This document shows, piece by piece, positions 1-12,800 of a DNA stretch of 64,000 nucleotides. Origin of the DNA: Trichoplax adhaerens (taxonomy: Eukaryota > Animalia > Placozoa); contig NW_002060943.1 in NCBI RefSeq assembly GCF_000150275.1, positions 10,634,209-10,698,208 of the forward strand, given 5' to 3'. Numbering within the stretch: the stretch's first letter is position 1; each line of letters begins with the position of its first letter. The position numbers were made by a program, and so were the translations under genes. The notes below the pieces were generated by a model that was given only the letters and a program-made list of their open reading frames with translations, did no database searches and was not told where the DNA came from.

Positions 1-20
1 TTATTAATATTAAATTTTAG

Positions 21-2379
21 AGAAATTAATGAAAATCTTAATACTAAATTAAGGTAAGTAGATTAATAATGTCGATATTAGGACGTTATATTTTACAATG
101 AAGAAATTTCAGCGCTCGTAGAAGATATGAGAACACTAAAAATTGTCATGATAGGACTTATTATTATTGCCTTATCAATATCTATTATCCATCTGTTAAA
201 ACATTGCAATATAGAGAGCAAAATAGGACCATAGGATCATTAAAAGCTGAGAATGAGTAAGAGGATATAATTACGCGTTATTTCTCTAACTCACAATGAT
301 TCACTTTAATACAATTCCAGTTAAAATCATGAGTTTAGGATATATTTGATGATTTCTATTTCATAGACGATTAATGGAAGAATTAAATCTATCCCGTAAA
401 ACCCAAGTAAGCTATCAAAGGCAATTAGGTATGAAAATTTTTTTTTACAAATTGAAACTATTTCATCGATAAATAATTAATCGTTTATTTTTTGATTCCT
501 AAAGATAACAGAGGCGTAGATGATGAAAGTTATAAGGTACAGGTTATGATTGTATTTGTTAATAGTTACATAGTTGATATCTCAGGCTATATTGTATGCT
601 CATCTGTAGAATAAAGTGGTTCCAGATTCATAATGATATTAGCATAGATTTATACAGCAATTTCTATGACAGTTTTATATTCTAATCTAGTCAAGAAGAT
701 ATTAAGACTATTATGAGAGATACTGTTAATTTAGTCGTTAAACTGCTAATAACTTAACAAGAACTATATGATATTTGTAAGAAATATAAAGATAGGTTAC
801 AGTAGAAATCATGCATAGAACAGAAATTTATTTTATTTTTTCTTAGTCATTACAGTCCCATGCTACCCGTCAAAATCTAATGATTTCCAAATTGGAGAAG
901 CACATTGAGCAATTACAGTAAGAACTATACATTGATAATTAATATGCTGAATAGAAGATTAAGCAATCGTGATAATTTATATTAGAAACGAACGAAAAGA
1001 TATGATTGAGATTATTGATGATTATAAGCCGCATACTAGTTCTTACCAGGACTTGAGTCAAAAGGTTAGTTGGTTGTAGCATGGAGGTGTCGTTTTAGTC
1101 TCGCTATTTTCAATTATCTTACGCTGATTTAGAATCTATGGATTACCTAATGAAATCTAATTTGTAGGTAAATGAGCTCAATCGAGAAGTTATTCGGCAT
1201 CAGTCGCTGGCTGAACGTGAACAAGCAAATCGTAAGGTATCGTATTGGAGTAGAGTGATATTCAGAATATACCCGGACCGTTTGACGGAATAAAATGATA
1301 TTTACTCCTTCGTTAATATTAATTGCGATAGCACGCAGCATAAGGAATAAAATTTGTATATAAATTTATGTATACTTTAATTTTTTATTTGATAGATTAT
1401 GGAGGATGAGATAGAGAAGAAAGACGCTATGATTGCCGATTTACGCCATCGGATCGCTGGTATCTCAAATTACGAAGAGCGTAAATTTGACAGTAGAACA
1501 TTAAATCAACCTAATCGTTATTACAAGGAAGATTTATATTCGTCGCGATATCCAAAAGACTTGTAAGTTATTCTGCTTTAACAAAAATTCCAGATATTAT
1601 ACGTGATATGAAGAAATATCTGTATATTTTAATCTAATGGTAATATTTTATTGGATTAGGGATGGGAGAGAAAAGGTTAATACTGGACACATATATAGTG
1701 AATTATCTTCTTACTGGGTTTATGTTGAATTTAACGCCATAAATTATTCATAAGTTAATAATCGCAATAATATTTCTCTCAAGATTCAAAAAGTTATGCG
1801 AGATGCGATGGAAGAGACAGGTGTCAGTGACCCCGAAATCTTAGAAAAGTCCTATTGGATTCAAAAAGTCGGAGAGGTGAAATAGATTTCTTACTTAGAA
1901 ATTGATAAGCAATTTCTAATCGTTCGTACATTTCGCAGTTTACTTTAATCAAGAAATATCAAGTAATCTGTTGACAATAAATTCAATTTTTAGTTATATT
2001 ACAGTCTATACATGTAAAATTTATTCTATGCCTGTAAAAACATGAAATTCAAAGTTACTGTTCTATTACAACTATATACGTATAATGCGGTAGATATTAT
2101 CGATATCTAAATCCTAATTTTCATATTCATGTCTAGTACTAGCGGTTGTTATTTTTATATGGATCGACCTAAAACAGGCAAAATTATAGAGAAAATGGTT
2201 AAATTATGTAAATGTTTAATTTCGAATACTAAAGTAGCCTTATTGATCTCTAGTTATCCGTACAACTACAGAAATCGAGTGAATATTGGTCGGAGAAAGT
2301 GCGTGACCTATCATTGCAATTTAAGAATGAGCCATCACCGCGATCAGCAAGACATTCATCACCAGTTCACATGAGCTAA
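21..2379 (+). CDS. 3' part of an uncharacterised coiled-coil protein gene (5' end lies outside the window); 10 exons visible
   Basis: Phase-compatible GT-AG exons at 21-53, 367-428, 505-536, 847-917, 986-1064, 1168-1236, 1396-1562, 1660-1675, 1784-1876 and 2254-2379 join into one open frame: EINENLNTKLRRLMEELNLSRKTQ...LMISKLEKHIEQLQNERKDM...EKSYWIQKVGELSVQLQKSSEYWSEKVRDLSLQFKNEPSPRSARHSSPVHMS*. Heptad-like E/K/L composition; family not recognised. Confidence 0.8.
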
Positions 2380-3629
2380 CGACCTTACTACAATGATATA
2401 TGTATACTCTAGTTGGTACAAATTCTGTAGGCGCTACTATTTCTATATAGCATCTACGATGACAAGAAGCTTTAGATTGATTCGTTTTTCCGAATAAAGT
2501 ATGATAAGTAATTACTTGATTGTTATTTAATCATTTGAAATTAGCTTGTACAGAAACATTATAATCGAGTTATATACACACTTTATAATTATTACAGAGA
2601 AAAACTATTTACTATATTCCTATTAAATTATATGAAACATCCTTATCTAGTATTATTAATGTTAGCATAGAAATGTTGATAATATCGATCTTTATAGTCA
2701 ACTCTTTCCAAATATTTGTTCAATTTTATAATAGAGCGATCGATTAATTATATCAAAGTAGTGCTAATTGCCAATATCTTGTATCTATTTTAGTTTTCGT
2801 CGTAACTGATTATTTATTGCACTATTTGAAATTTTTGATTACTGATAGGATCTATAATTATTTCTAGAAAATTCCTTAAATACATGTTTTTACTGATAAC
2901 GTTGATATTTGTACATTTGATGGTAGTGTGGACAAATACAACTCCCTATTTAGTGTTCCAAATGAAATGTTATGATTCGATGCTGTGTCTTATATAAAAA
3001 TTATAATAAAACTATTACAGTGCAATGTTATCACTGCTATCTGATTCTTCTATAAAGTCTTAAACATTTTCGCCGTTATTCTACATTATTCCATTCCGTA
3101 ATTCACCATTATATCCAGAAAGCTGATTTTTGTAATACTTTACTTTTTGAATTAATAAGCATTACGGTAGTGAAAAGCTATACATAAACAGATCATTTCT
3201 ATTGACAGTCGATCTTAAGTTTCTAGTAGAGTAAGTTTAATTTGATGTTCCTTATTATCAGAAAATCTTTCGTAGTCTTTATTGATTTGTTACGCTTACA
3301 GATTTGTTTTAATAGCTCTATGAATTGTATCATAGAATGAATGCATGCTAGCTATAGAGCGTATACAAAACACTGTTAGACTTTTAGCATTTGTGATTTC
3401 TACGGTGAATTGCAGTGTTGCTATTATATAAAAAGCCATCACCGATAGGTAAACAAATATAAACAAAGCATCACAGCACATACGTTGGTAGCATGAAGTC
3501 TACCATTGAAAGGCCATGTAAAAATATACTTGCAACACTAATATTTAAATAATAATTTGGAATTTTTCTCTAACAGACTCTGAATTAGATCCAAATATCC
3601 CATAGACGACTATCATGAAGTTACTAATT

Positions 3630-5837
3630 CTACTTTTTCTGGTTTTCTTCCTTGATCTCTTCGCCTGCTTCCAAAGATGCACGATTTTCTTCTCGATATG
3701 CAGGAAATTGCTCCCAAGGGGTTTCTAGATCAAACTTACGAAATTCTTGAGCGAATTCGACGGGTTCGCTAACAATACGTTTTAATTCGTCATCATAACG
3801 GAGCTACATTTAGGCGAAAAGATCGATTAATTATTGAAAGTATCGATAGAAATCTATTGCAATACTGTGGTAAAAATTTAAGTCAGAATACTTCTGAGAT
3901 GCAAATTTTTATTGTAACTAGTACCTCTATTCATTACTAAAAAATATAATTAAGGGAGTGTCTTACCTCTGTATAACCAGATAACGGAAAGTCTTTCCTT
4001 TGTGGATGGCCATCGAATCCGTAGTCAGTTAATATTCGACGTAGATCAGGGTGATTAGCGAAGTAAACACCATACATATCCCATACCTATTTGACATGAG
4101 GAAGTTAATTGCTATCCACGAATAGCTATATCGATTTTACGTACGTATTATGCTGAAACAGCTGAGGCAGGTTACTAATACTGCTAAAATTGCAATTTTT
4201 ATCTGTTGTTAAGGCTAACATATGTGGAATAAAGAACATGCCCCATAGGCATGTGTAAATGACGGAAATAAATTAAAATCTCAGATACACTCAAGATCGC
4301 TTTACTAATGATACAGAAATAATGAAAATCTATTATTCTACTACTTTAAATTATACTTACTTCTCTTTCAAACCAGTTAGCACCGGGAAATATAGGTGTG
4401 ATTGACTCTATTGGTGTTAATTCATCGGTATACGTTTTAACACGAACACGAGAATTATAACGCAATGATAACAAGTTGTAGATGAGCTGCAAATAAAGAT
4501 GGCAAAGTTAACAATTTCAATACAACATTTTAAAATTTAAAATTTATATCTATTAGTTATACAATAATAACTACTGAACCACGCATAATTCAAGTTACAA
4601 ATGAATACAAGTCATCTTTTATCAATGTGTGTGCGTACTTCAAAACGATATTCTCGCTTCGGTACATCGATAGCAGTGATATCGACCAACGATTCGAATT
4701 GTGCATTCGTATGGTTACGCAAAAATATCATCGTCGGTATGAGCGCTTCTGGATATACTAATAATTCCAGCTCATCGCCAAGTGCTAAATTAATGCCTTG
4801 TAAGTACTTTGGTATAATATCCAGTAGATAACGACCATAATCAGTTAATCTGGTTTCAACTTCTTTTTTCTGATCTTGAGCATCTAATACGTATGAAGAG
4901 TTATCAGGAAGGTGAGACGTCAAGATGAAATATTTACCAATGATCGTAAGTTTATCAGGAACATAAAAAGCTTTACATATTTGTCTGAGCTTGATACATC
5001 ATATCCTTGCCCTTACGTTAGTTTATACTTGTTACGAAGGGTAATAAGTACTGTATGTATTCTTGGCTACTTTTACACTTTTATACAGTACAATCAATGC
5101 GCGAAGATTTTCAACGCTACAGCATACGTACGAGTACAGTAATATTGTACTTGTAGGGGATACATACCATAACTTAATTCGTAATTAATGCGTTTATATA
5201 GGCAAATTATAAACTCAGCATTATCTACAACCGCGTACAATAAGCAAAAGCCTTTGTCGCACTCGTGTATTACTGTTAAATCATAGTAAACTCGAATGTA
5301 TTCTACTAATGATCGATAAGGTTAAGGCATAGCTAATGTTCCCGATATTCGTAGCTGCATACTTACAGACTGTACACTGTACTGTACAGTATAGTAGCAT
5401 GGCTAAGTTCTACTATTGCGTGATTTACTGTAGTCACCATAATTCAGTCAGTACAGATTAAAATCATCAATCATAAATGTGTATTACAGTACCTATGACA
5501 GGAGATGCCGTACACAATAGTCTTGAATTCTGCCAAGTGTTAATTTTGTTTGAACCTAAAGTAGAGAGAAATCAGGCAAAATGTAGAACTTGCACTTTGC
5601 AAAATACGCGTCACTTTCTCCTCAACGATACACGAAGTAAAATTTTTCTCGACTTGGAGTAAAGAGTATCAACTAGTTTCAACGCACTAAGAAAAGGAAT
5701 TATGATTACTAATATCTACTTGACAGAACACATTAAGAATAAAAAGTGAAATTACTTGATAGTAGGCTAATGTTAGGCCATATTCTCTTATGCCTACTAA
5801 GATTCTGGATGCAACATCGCAGACCGATGGCCGCCAT
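3630..5837 (-). CDS. NDUFS3: NADH dehydrogenase [ubiquinone] iron-sulfur protein 3, mitochondrial (complex I 30 kDa subunit); 6 exons
   Basis: Exons 5837-5756, 5555-5493, 4883-4639, 4486-4361, 4086-3967, 3803-3630. Arg-rich presequence [20 protein letters not shown]; signature [81 protein letters not shown]. Confidence 0.97.
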
Positions 5838-6739
5838 ATTGCTGTTCACGTTGGACGGTGCACGACCAGTATTGATATGCAGTAATAACAACTGTTATAA
5901 GCGACGTGAGTCTGTGACGCCCGTTTGCCGATATACTGTAGTTCTCCAGTACTGTACAGTACTCAAGGTTGTGTGCCGTCCTGTTACAGTGCCGTACAGT
6001 ACGTACTGTAGTGTACAGTGTACAGTACAGTACTGTACTGTACTGTACGCAACTACAGTACAGTACTCTACTTACTGTACTGTATTACTTAACAGCAACC
6101 GGTGTACTGTACTGTACACTGTACAGTACTGTACTGTACAATATGTGTTAAGGTAAAACCCGAAATGATCGAAAACCGATTCTCGGGCTTTACAGTACTG
6201 TACTGTACTGTACAGTACAGTATAACAGTAGAAGTCTATAGTACTGCGTACTGTGCATTGTACACTATACAGTACAGTACACAGTACAAATGAGTACTGT
6301 ACCGTACACTGCTAACTGTACTGTACTGTACTGTAGAGATACAGTACTGTATCTGTTTTTCTCTGATACTGTACTGTACTGTACTGTAGAGATACAGTAT
6401 CTGTTTTTCTCTGATACTGTACTGTACTGTACTGTATTGTACTGTACAGTACGGTACAGTACAGTATACTGTAGGGGCTAATGATAACCGTAGACTGTAG
6501 GGGTTAATGATAACCTTTATATCTGAAAGGAAGATTTTGAGCCTGGATAGTCAGAACCTCAGCGAAAATAGTAAAATTAATTATATATATATAGAACATA
6601 AAAATCAAACTCGAGATATTCTCTACCCATAACGACTATCAGCACATCCGTCTAATATTGGAGATCAGCTAGAGCATCTTATTGAGTCTCACTGTGTGAT
6701 CGTAGTGCGACATTTCGGTGATTAGGCTCGTCTGCTGCA
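5838..6739. promoter_or_regulatory. Bidirectional promoter region NDUFS3 <- -> COPS4
   Basis: About 900 bp separate divergent ATGs at 5837 (-) and 6740 (+). Confidence 0.75.
5934..6473. repeat. Degenerate (TACTG/CAGTA)n array in the NDUFS3-COPS4 divergent promoter, split by a central CCCGA hairpin
   Basis: Dozens of tactg/cagta/tgtac units in both orientations. An approximately 50-bp unit (ctgtagagatacagta...tctgtttttctctgatactgtactgt) is duplicated at about 6330-6430. Confidence 0.92.
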
Positions 6740-9700
6740 ATGGCGAATATTCGTGCTTCGCTCAACGCTTTAGCCCGCAGCAATGCAGCATCTAGAGATA
6801 TCCTTGATCAGTACAAGAAAATTCTCAATACTATATTTCAAGGCAATCCTGAGGAATTAATTGATGGTACCAAGGCATTCGTGGAAAGCTGTAAGAACTA
6901 ATATTAAGTTATCTCCTATCTTGTTATGATTGTGATGTACAAGAATCAAACTCTCTTATTGCACCTACTACAGTATAGTGTTGTTGAATTACATGACACT
7001 ACCATCATGACTGACTGGATGGAGTCAAGCCATAGACTACTCAAAATTATTTTCGTACAAATTTCTAGTCGTCCATCATGTAGCGTATTGACGATACAAG
7101 TTAAACGAACATTATACCAGTTGTATTCTAATTCTTATACGTTAACTTTTATTGATATCAGCTCAAAGCTAGGTTAATGATATCATTTGTGACTCTGGAA
7201 ATTTTCTTACTGGATTGTATTTAGTTATTCGAAATCTTAACTTCATTTCATATGTCATGTTGAACTATTCTAGTAGTGGTAGATGAGCATATTGATCTCG
7301 TAACTTCCCGTCAAATGTTAGCGGAGCTTGCAGAAAAATTATCCTCGTTGCCTGATGAATCGACCAAGGAAATTTGTCATTTTATTATATCTAAAGTTCA
7401 ACCACGCGCTTTGTCCTTCGAAGATCAGGTTGGTTTAATTTGTATGGCATTCTATCATTAATCCGTTGCATTGAGACTGTCTCAGAAATTTAAATATACT
7501 TCATAAACGTAATATTTGAAATCCTTATAAGGGGTTATTCCATTCTTCTGATAACAAGCATTGTTTGTAATCTCCAAAATATCCCACTTTTGTTACTAGT
7601 TAATAACCGTTAGGCGTATCCTCTCCGGCATGTACGAAAAAGAGCAAAATTGGAACGATGCTGCTAATGTATTAGCCGGTATCCAGCTAGAAAGTGGCCA
7701 AAAGTAAGTAGAAGAAGGCCCAGTTTATAAATGAAAATGATGGCTATAAGAGTTGCCTATTTGCATTGGTATACTACGGCAATAAATATATATATATTGT
7801 AGTGATCTTTAATTTCTATGACATTAAATTCTGTTATAGGCAATATTCTACTGATTTCAAGTTAGAAATTTACCTAAAAATTGCTCAGTTATACCTAGAA
7901 AATGAAGACGCTGTTCAAGCTGAGGCTTACATTAACAGAGCTTCGGTATTGCAGCTTCAGTCTAAGGAAACCAGATTACGAATATTATATAAAGTAAGTA
8001 ATAGTAATAATGAAAATTGACTAATTGGTATTGTCCTATCGAAATGAAACGGGATGATAATCAATCGTCTGCATTGGAATTATGGCTCGTTTACAAGAAA
8101 TTGCCATCCATCCAATTAACGTTTAAGTCAAGTTCAATGTTTACCCATTTACTATATTTTCTTTATTGATATTCATTGTAATATTTTGAACTTGACCAGT
8201 GTCAAAATATTGAAGAGGATGGGTAAATAATGACTAATATTTTCTAGTAAGATCATGATTCGCAAAATAGTATCACAATAAGTTTAGGTAACATGAAAAT
8301 AGGCTATTAATTTGCCGTTGAATTTGTTCACAAAATCTTAATGCAAGATAACAATACCTGTACATTAAAATTTGGGTTCAGTCATCTTCAAGGAATTATT
8401 GGGCGTATTTTAATCTGAAAATGCTTAGTTGTAATGATCGATATCGCATTTTTGTAGGCTTGTTATGCTCGCGTGTTAGATTATCGACGTAAATTTATTG
8501 AAGCTGCTCATCGCTACATTGAATTATCATACTTCAACGACGTACATGAATCTGAAAGAATGACATCGCTAAAGTTGGCCATGAACTGTACTATACTAGC
8601 ATCTGCAGGTAGTGTAGCAGAATCTGAAATATGTTACGAAATTTGTGAATTGGAGATAGAGATAACATACTTTGGCTGACTTATGGTTAATTATGATCAT
8701 TCAACTAATCTATGCATTAGGTCAACAAAGGTCACGATTGCTGGCTACGCTATTTAAAGATGAAAGATGCCAGCATTTGCCAACTTTTGGTATACTGGAG
8801 AAAATGTAAGCTACATCAGCAACGCTTATGAGATCGTATTAGTAACGGCCCAATTGCATAAAATTCAAAATCAGTCTCGTAAATTTGTGTCTACTTATTA
8901 TTCATAGGTACTTAGATAGAATTATTCGAAAATCTCAATTACTGGAATTTGATGCAATGTTAATGTCCCATCAAAAAGCGACCACCTCAGACGGTATAAT
9001 CTTGAAATCTATTCTATATGCTTTTAATATTTCGTTTTCAACGGTCTGAATGCATATTCTTATTTATTCAAGGATCCAGTATTCTAGACCGAGCTGTGAT
9101 TGAACATAACTTGCTTTCGGCTAGTAAATTATATAAAAATATTACATTCCTAGAGCTTGGAAGACTATTAGAAATCTCTCCGGAAAAGGTAATTTTGTAT
9201 GCTATTCCTTATCTAATCTTAGATAAGATAACTTTAAGTACAGTATAGAGGCTTTCTTCTCAAAATTTGAAAAATTTTAACTTAAAATTGGTTATGGCAG
9301 GCAGAAAAAGTGGCATCACGTATGATAGGGGAAAGAAGAATGGAAGGCTCTATCGACCAAATCGAAGGTCTGGTCGCTTTTCAAAGTAAGATTCCTGTAA
9401 TTACCTTCTTTAGATAATGGATTACTATTGACGACATGATACCTTGCCTTGTACTTAATGTATGATTTAAGTTATAGGATATTATTCGTACTATGCCATA
9501 CTTATTGTTTTATTATAATTGTTTTAAAGTAACATTTACATTATTACTCTTGTACGATCGTTAAATGTTCAAAATTTGCGTCATGTGGTGAACTTAGGGA
9601 TAAAAGATTTTAGCAAAATAATGCAGTAGTTTAATGTATGTTATTTGATCACATTGTGCTGCTATGTTTGGAGCTGTAGGTAGTAATTTAATCAGATTAT

Positions 9701-9893
9701 AGGAATTCGATGAAGGAATATTCGTATTTTTCTAGGTATTCAATTTATTCTTATAATTATTTATGTAGCCCAAGATGCGTTACCAACATTCGATCAAAAA
9801 ATCAAAGGTATATGTTCTCATGCAAATAGCATTTTAGAAAAGATAAGAACTGCTGAACCTGATTGGGTATCATCTGTATCATCTACTGAATAG
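6740..9893 (+). CDS. COPS4: COP9 signalosome complex subunit 4 (PCI domain); 10 exons
   Basis: Exons approx 6740-6890, 7277-7428, 7600-7703, 7840-7993, 8458-8608, 8721-8805, 8908-8993, 9072-9188, 9301-9385, 9769-9893. Motifs [98 protein letters not shown]. Confidence 0.97.
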
Positions 9894-12800
9894 AATTGAT
9901 AATTTAATTTTAGGTAATTTATAAAGTAGTAATTACATTGATTATTCCTGTGTTTGTAATCAATAGTGCTCTATCAGCAGCTGTAGTCAAATATTTTTGG
10001 ATGCGTTGTTTCAAAAATGTATCCTATATTCGGGGAACAGTCCTTGCTACGCTTAAATATATTGTAACACTGTTATTCCTTGGTACTGAAACTCTGATTT
10101 TGATAAAAACCACACACACCATTGTTGATATAAGTATAAATATCTGAAGAATAACAATTATAATGTATGTAGTCATTAATGAAATAATTTTACATTGTTT
10201 GTTGTTACACAAATGCTGTTTGATTCTTCTATTGTTGTACTGCATTGGATGATGCTAACTATGCTAAAACGAGATATCCATATCCAAACTTTTGGTTCTA
10301 TTAAATACATTTAACAGGTATTAAACTATATATTACATTCATCGCATGTGAATCTGAGAATTATATTAGTCGTCATGATATCATTAGTATTTAGAGTTCT
10401 ATCTAAATTATCATCTTAAATATTAAGTGCATTAATGAACATGCAAATGTTAATTATACGTCAAGTATTTACCACATGATACTGTGTGAACTATAAATAT
10501 CTAGCCGTATATTTTCTGTACCGATTCTAGAAAAATCTTCTATTCTGCCTATCATATAAAACATGGAATATCACTGTGCGTGTATTCGAAGCGATAGTCT
10601 GAAAGTTTCGATAAAAAGTTGGAAAGGTTTATATTATGAGCCAATGGGTGCGGCCTCGCACTAGATAAATGACATGGAACAGATCTTGATCACGTAGTAC
10701 GAAGCCAAATTATTGACAATTTTGAGGCAGATAGTCTAATGGAAGACAATACTACGGAGAATAAAATGGTTTTATGATTAACATCTGTCGCCTTAATTAG
10801 CGTAACAATATCAAGAAATGATATTGCATATCCGTTTGCGTCAATGTCACAGTTTGTATATTATTTCATTAGAATTAAAATTTTATGGAGCAGTCGCTTG
10901 TCCAGTAATCAACTCAAAATGCCTTTACTTGACTTTGTTAACTATGCGAAAACATTGTTGTTTGGATCAAGACCATGTAAAGGCTATTAACGAGCGAAAT
11001 AATATCAATTGATGCAGCTCTTTAACCTATCGATGGCATGAATCTGATTTTAATATCTGTTCAGTTAACTGTCGTCCGCTATATGCGTACTTTGTTATTT
11101 TGATACCTTGCTTAAACTTTACAGAGGTGCCAAAATTTTGTCAGTGCAGACATAGTTAAAATTTTTACCATTGTAATGATTGTGAATGGAGTGCTAAAGG
11201 TTTTTTTATCAATAATTCCTTTTAATATACCATACGTATGATTTTACCGGTAAAAATATTTACATCTTTCCTCTTGACAGAATTGATTATGACTTATTAT
11301 TAAAAATTATAACATTATATTGTATGTTAACGTAGATTTTCTCATAACCATATTAAAACGATTCAAAAATCATAATGCATCATGCGTAGTTTATTTATTT
11401 ATGACGCTTCATCTAATATTTGCGAAAATAGAACGGATCACTTTTAATTTAATGAGGGAAAAGGATAATTATTTCATGATTCCTTTTCTGCATATTACTA
11501 AAAATAACAGTTCTGAAAATAGTAACCGTTGTCTTTGTCTATATAGAGTCAGTAAATAGTTCTACAGAGTAATTAATTAGTTAACAACTGACAACATTGT
11601 TGGGATATAGTATAATTTTAATTAGTCGAGAAGTTAGAAACACAGTAATGATATGATTTCAAGACGATAATATTTGAATGTTGATGCCATAATTTAAGTA
11701 TAATGATACTTCGCTCCTACAATCGTGGGTGTAATTTTTAAACTTGATGATTGCGCATAATAGCGTTATCGCAACCAGAAATTAAATGATTTAAATTTGC
11801 CTATACAATTTAGAGATGAGTAAGACATAAACAATAGATTAAGTTTACTTTTACTGTGATGAATACGATGAAAGATTTTAAAGATTTATGCCTACGAAAT
11901 ATTACAAAATTGTATGTACTTGTCATGAAGTAAATTTCACTACCTAATGCTGACCTTATTGACGTCAGATAATATACTTTAGTATTTATCGAAAATATCG
12001 TTATCTATGACATTACACATTCTTTTATAAATAAATGCATAGTTTATAATATTATCTAAGTACTGACAACTAATACTTACGTAGATTGGCTGTAAACTGA
12101 TTGATTCTTCAATAAAAATTTTGGTTTAGTTTGTCTAAAGAGAGACCAGTGTTATTACTGTTGCTCCTGACGAAATGAGATAGTCAGTATTTAAAGTCGC
12201 CCTATAGGCAAATATCAGGGAGGACAAACCTTACAGTAGACTCGTAATACATTATTATCTTTCTGTAATAGCTCTACTTTTCGTCGTTACAAACTTCGAG
12301 TTCTAACAGTACTATTCATAAAAGACATACGAATACAAAAGTGGGCTAGTACATATTTACAGCTATGTAGTTACCTATCCAAAAACGATAGAATAGGCGA
12401 GGGTTTCCGTAATATAACGATTCTTTGTCTAGTTCGGTTCATTCATTTCGTAAGCTTTATTTATTATCTGTCGGATAATTTAGATAAGATTAATTATTCA
12501 AGTTATTAATGATATTGATGAGAAGACTCTTTAGAAAAAATTTTGTTCTGAATTTATAACTGTTTTTAACTAACCACAATTTGAGAAGTTGCTGATTTGC
12601 GTCTATATTTTTAACTGACCGTGATGAAAAGAATTAAAGATTTGATTATTACTTCAAGAAGAAAAGAATGATCAATATTAGTGGTGATTTTAGTTAAATA
12701 CTTTAATTAGAATAACCGTAATTTATTTATAATCTTTCCGTTAAACCCAATTAACATTGTGACTTTGTCGGCCATGGCGGATGTTACAGTAATTACATTG

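Noticed and set aside
5934-6473. Resemblance of TACTGTA...TACAGTA to bacterial LexA SOS boxes or to a CRISPR array
   Set aside because: The context is eukaryotic and intron-rich, the repeat has no fixed repeat/spacer periodicity, and there are no cas or bacterial genes.
5746-6481. ORFs rich in YCTVL/TVQYS repeats (also 60277-60480)
   Set aside because: These are translations of the TACTG pentamer array inside divergent promoters, with no splice or homology support.
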